Positions 60,417 through 64,000 of a DNA stretch of 64,000 bases are shown here, piece by piece. The notes under the pieces are model-generated. The model worked only from the letters and a program-made list of their open reading frames with translations. It had not been told where the DNA came from and made no database searches. Position 1 is the first letter of the stretch; each line of letters opens with the position of its first letter. This stretch comes from Candidatus Oxydemutatoraceae bacterium. Its GTDB lineage: Bacteria; Pseudomonadota; Gammaproteobacteria; Poriferisulfidales; Oxydemutatoraceae. The translations under genes and the position numbers were made by a program. Location: NCBI GenBank assembly GCA_965220085.1, contig CBDCOZ010000003.1:448001-512000 (forward strand). The letters run 5' to 3'.

Positions 60417-62101
60417 CGCAACGGCCCCTCCAGAAAGACGCGCAAGCGCAACCGCAGGCTGTCCCCCAAGTCTATGCGCATCGTGGCGGCGGCGCTGCTC
60501 TCTATGCCATCGCTGACGGTGAATCGAAACGAGGCATAGTTTTGCGCAGGCTCGGTGCCATCGGCATCCTGATAATAGGTGATCGCGGAGATGTCGGACA
60601 CATCCACTGCGTTGTTTTGGCCCGAGCCGGATGTCACCAGCGCGTCGCCGTCTATCAACAGTGTGCCTTTGTTCGGCGCGTTGATGATAGTGACGCTTGC
60701 CAGGGCGCTGCCGTCCGCGCCGCTGCCGATGTCCGCATCGGCAAAGCGGAAGTCGCTCGCCTGAAACACATAGGGCGCCGCTGCGGTGGTCGAAGTGGAT
60801 ACGAGCACCGCGCTGTCCATGGCCCTCGGCGCGCTATTGATGCGCACCGAAGGGCTGCAGATGGGCCCCTCCGGATTCGAGAGGGCATCCATAAAGGCGG
60901 CGCAGAGGCGGATGTACATGCCCGTCTGGGCCTGGGTCAGGGTGAAGTTGTCATCGGTCGCGCCCGCTATGTCGGCAAAGGGGCCCTCGGCGCTGGCGGA
61001 CAGTTGCCATCGCCAGGCCAGGGTGCTGGTGTCTACGCCGTTGTCGTCGTTCAGTGTGTTCTGGCTGGCGAGCAGCCGGGTGCCCTGGCGGGGTTGCCGG
61101 ACGGTGACAAACTGGGTGCCGTGCTGGTTCACTATGGCCTCCCTTATTTGGGGCATGCCGATGGCGGGGGCCTGCACTGAGGATACCAGACGGATTTGCA
61201 TGCCTCTCGACCGGGCGCCGATTTTGTCGGCGTTGACATCGCCGGCCGGGCCGTCGCCATCGTCCGTAACATTGAAGAAGAAGGATGCATAGTGGGCAGT
61301 GGAGTCCGCGGGGTCGGTGGGTTGCTGGCCCGTCGGCGGGTGCCAGGTAAGGGCGCGGGCCCGCAGTTGGGCCGCTGTTACGGTCGTGGGGACGGTGCTG
61401 CTGGTCAGGGTCACGCCATTCAGGATCATGGTTCCGACAGTGCGCTGGTTGGCGCCGGGGGTCAGGGGCAGGCTGCGCACGACCGCGCTTTCCAGCATGT
61501 CGTTATCATCGTCGTCAAACGTGAAGTCCTGCGGGCGGAATGCGTAGGGGGCGCTGGCATCGGCGGCGACGCTGACCGCGACAAAGTTGCGCTTGGGCGC
61601 CGGCGCATCGTTGGTGTTGGCGACCGGCTCGGTGGTGAGGCAGAGATTTTCCCGGTTGCCGTCGTCATCGTCGAACATGGCGCAGACGCGGATGCGACTG
61701 CCCACATGCTCCTGGCGGGGAGCCCAGGAGGCCTCAGTTCTGTCTATGATGTTGTCAAATACCCCGTCGCCCTGGTTGTCGTGACTCCATTGCCAACTTA
61801 TGGTCAAGCCGATATTGTCGATGCCATCGGGATCCTCTATGTCAAAACTGCGCAATGCTATGGTTCTGTCCTCAGGCGGCGCGCCGGTCAGTTCGGCGTT
61901 GCCAGGGGGGAACGTCAGCGCGCCGGTGGCGTTCTGCGCCTGCGCTTGTGCGCACAGCGCAAACAGCGCGAGCAAGGCCGGCAGGATGAGCGAGCGGAGG
62001 CTGCGCACCATCGTTGCCCGTCGGCGCAGGGCGAGCGCTCGGAAGCCGCGCCTGCCGAATGCGGCGCGGCGGCGCAAGGGAATCAAAGTTTGTCGTTTCA
62101 T
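60413..62101 (-). CDS. Class B secreted Ig/cadherin-like repeat protein, LRLRVFLEGPLR C-terminus
   Basis: Paralogue of 58378-60030; start MKRQTLIP. Confidence 0.85.
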   Translation of the reverse strand: MKRQTLIPLRRRAAFGRRGFRALALRRRATMVRSLRSLILPALLALFALCAQAQAQNATGALTFPPGNAELTGAPPEDRTIALRSFDIEDPDGIDNIGLTISWQWSHDNQGDGVFDNIIDRTEASWAPRQEHVGSRIRVCAMFDDDDGNRENLCLTTEPVANTNDAPAPKRNFVAVSVAADASAPYAFRPQDFTFDDDDNDMLESAVVRSLPLTPGANQRTVGTMILNGVTLTSSTVPTTVTAAQLRARALTWHPPTGQQPTDPADSTAHYASFFFNVTDDGDGPAGDVNADKIGARSRGMQIRLVSSVQAPAIGMPQIREAIVNQHGTQFVTVRQPRQGTRLLASQNTLNDDNGVDTSTLAWRWQLSASAEGPFADIAGATDDNFTLTQAQTGMYIRLCAAFMDALSNPEGPICSPSVRINSAPRAMDSAVLVSTSTTAAAPYVFQASDFRFADADIGSGADGSALASVTIINAPNKGTLLIDGDALVTSGSGQNNAVDVSDISAITYYQDADGTEPAQNYASFRFTVSDGIESSAAATMRIDLGDSLRLRLRVFLEGPLR

Positions 62102-62112
62102 GGCATTTTCTT

Positions 62113-62475
62113 CTATGACAGTCTGTGCGCGGTCGGCGGCCGTTCCGCCATCAGCGCGAATCGTTTTGCAAGCGCCTTGGGCGCTTGTCTTGCGGGCGGC
62201 GGCGCAAGTCGCGCCGGCTTGAGTCCTGACCATCCCTTGTCCTCGCAATTCCTCAGAATCTTTAGCGCGTCATCGGCTACGCAACCGGTATCGGAAACGC
62301 CAAAGCCAATGACTTTCGTCAATCGCGTTTCTCCTTCGGGGCATTCGGTTTGCGCCGACGCATGGTTCGCGGCAAATGCGCAAGCGAGCATCATTGCCGC
62401 GCAGATTGCACAGAGGCGCGGAGTCCGAACCACGGGCGACGGGCGATGCGAGGGATGACGTGTGTTTCCTATCAT
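62113..62475 (-). pseudogene. Truncated 5' fragment of a class A gene
   Basis: Same breakpoint as 60042-60416. Confidence 0.7.
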
Positions 62476-64000
62476 CGCAGCGGCCCCTCCAGGAAGACGC
62501 GCAACCGCAACCGCAGGCTGTCTCCCAAGTCTATGCGCATCGTGGCGGCGGCGCTGCTCTCTATGCCATCGCTGACGGTGAATCGGAATTGGGCATAGTT
62601 TTGCGCAGGCTCGGTGCCATCGGCATCCTGATAGTAGGTGAGCGTGGGGATGTCGGACACATCCACTACGTTGTTTTGGCCCGAGCCGGATGTCACCAGC
62701 GCGTCGCCGTCTATCAACAGTGTGCCTTTGTTCGGCGCGTTGATGATCGTGACGCTTGCCAGAGCGCTGCCGGTCGCGCCGCTGCCGCCGTCCGCATCGG
62801 CAAAGCGGAAGTCGCTCGCCTTAAATGCATAGGGCGCCGCTGCGGTGGCTGAGGTAGACACGAGCACCGTGCTGGGCAAAGCCCTCGGCGCGGCATTGAT
62901 GCGCACCGAAGGGCCGCAGAGCGGGCCCTCCCGCGCCGGGCTTGTGGGGTGTTGGTCCATAAAACTGACGCAGGCGCGGATGTGCCTGCCCGCCCGGGCC
63001 TGGGCCTGGGTCAGGGTGAAGGCGGCCTCATCACCGCCCTCGGCGGTCGCGCCCGCTATGTTGACAAAGCCGCGGTCGGCGCTGGCGGATTGTTGCCATT
63101 GCCAGATCAATGTGCTCTCGTCTATGCCGTTGCGCTCGACTATGCCGTGGACGCGGGCCAGCAGTTCGCTGCCCTCGGGGTAGGCGGCGGCCGCGGCAAC
63201 ATTGGCCACTATTATCTGGGGCCCGCCGGTGGCGGCAGCCTGTTGCGTCTGCACCAGGCGGATGCGGATGGAGCCGTTGGCGGCGCTGGTCTTGTCGGCG
63301 TTGACATCGCCGCCCGGGCCGTCGCCATCGTCCGTCACATGGAAGCTGAACCTGACATATGTAGCCTCCAGCTCGTTGATGTCGGTGGGTTGCTGGCCCG
63401 ATGCCGGCCAGTATGTCAGGGCGCCGGCCTGCAGCTGCGCCCTTGTTATGGCCTCTGCGGGGGCGGCGGTCAGGGCGGTGCCATCCAGGGCCATGGTGCC
63501 CGCGCTCATGCCCGAGCCGGGCAGCACTCCTATCAATGTGACGCTTTCCAGGCCGTCGCCATCGTCATCGGCGAACGCAAAGTCCTGCGGGCGGAACCTA
63601 TAGGGAGCGCTTTCGCTGGCGCCGACGGACACCGAGATTCTAGGAGTCAGACCCACCGGCGCATCGTTTACGTTTATGACCGGCAAGGTGTCGGCGCATG
63701 CATTTTCCCTGGAGCCGCGGTCATCGGTGAAACTGAGGCAGCCGCGGATGCGACTGCCCACATGCTCCTGGGCGGGAGACCATGCGGCATCATGATTGTC
63801 TATGATGTTGGCGAAGTTCCCGTCGCCCTTGTTGTCGTGGCTCCATGCATAGCTCGCGGTCAGGCCAGATCTGGAGGAGCCATCTGGGTCTTCCAGACGC
63901 GAGTCAGCCAGGAGCAGGCTCCTGCCCTCCTCTGGCGCGCCTGTCAGGGGGATGAAACCTGGCACTGTCAGTCTGATGGTGGCCGGGTCATTGACATTGG
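62472..64000 (-). CDS. Class B Ig/cadherin-like repeat protein, LRLRVFLEGPLR C-terminus (5' end beyond window)
   Basis: Frame open to the window edge; same modules and tag as the other class B genes. Confidence 0.85.
   Translation of the reverse strand, partial: NVNDPATIRLTVPGFIPLTGAPEEGRSLLLADSRLEDPDGSSRSGLTASYAWSHDNKGDGNFANIIDNHDAAWSPAQEHVGSRIRGCLSFTDDRGSRENACADTLPVINVNDAPVGLTPRISVSVGASESAPYRFRPQDFAFADDDGDGLESVTLIGVLPGSGMSAGTMALDGTALTAAPAEAITRAQLQAGALTYWPASGQQPTDINELEATYVRFSFHVTDDGDGPGGDVNADKTSAANGSIRIRLVQTQQAAATGGPQIIVANVAAAAAYPEGSELLARVHGIVERNGIDESTLIWQWQQSASADRGFVNIAGATAEGGDEAAFTLTQAQARAGRHIRACVSFMDQHPTSPAREGPLCGPSVRINAAPRALPSTVLVSTSATAAAPYAFKASDFRFADADGGSGATGSALASVTIINAPNKGTLLIDGDALVTSGSGQNNVVDVSDIPTLTYYQDADGTEPAQNYAQFRFTVSDGIESSAAATMRIDLGDSLRLRLRVFLEGPLR

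Noticed and set aside
50891-64000. Diversity-generating retroelement, shufflon or integron as the diversifier
   Set aside because: No reverse transcriptase, invertase or integrase in the window; all genes are co-oriented; I saw no adenine-specific template/variable pair or attC-like sites. Such elements outside the window cannot be excluded.
50891-64000. LRLRVFLEGPLR as an autotransporter/BAM beta-signal or sortase-type anchor
   Set aside because: No terminal aromatic residue, no beta-barrel domain, and no TM plus basic tail.

Overview
Gammaproteobacterial chromosome segment. Housekeeping content: dinB 3' end, a gspC-D-A-B-E-F-G-H-I-J-K-L-M-N type II secretion cluster, zapA/6S RNA, pepP-ubiH-ubiI, tpx, tupBCA and ftsH-glmM-tpiA-secG-tRNA-Leu. 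It is heavily interleaved with local tandem duplications, dispersed repeats and coiled-coil membrane proteins. The main candidate novelty is an apparent split-domain 'tag and catcher' surface-display system. Eight genes of two unrelated families (50891->64000, minus strand; seven have a visible signal-peptide-like N-terminus, one is cut by the window edge, one has an in-frame stop) all end in the invariant 12-mer LRLRVFLEGPLR. As I recall the family, this peptide is the first beta-strand of a dockerin-terminated domain (VFLEGP..M..L..P..PY..VVDWVLV(E/D)LR..ALL..G.(I/V)VD..HRNH..GD..GY..D.N.D). The rest of that domain, lacking exactly this strand, is a stand-alone secreted protein (21175-22137). 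That gene is followed by a large GlyGly-CTERM surface protein with a possibly cohesin-like N-terminus and then a rhombosortase, about 3 kb downstream of the T2SS. Family assignments come from motif recognition only; no searches were run.
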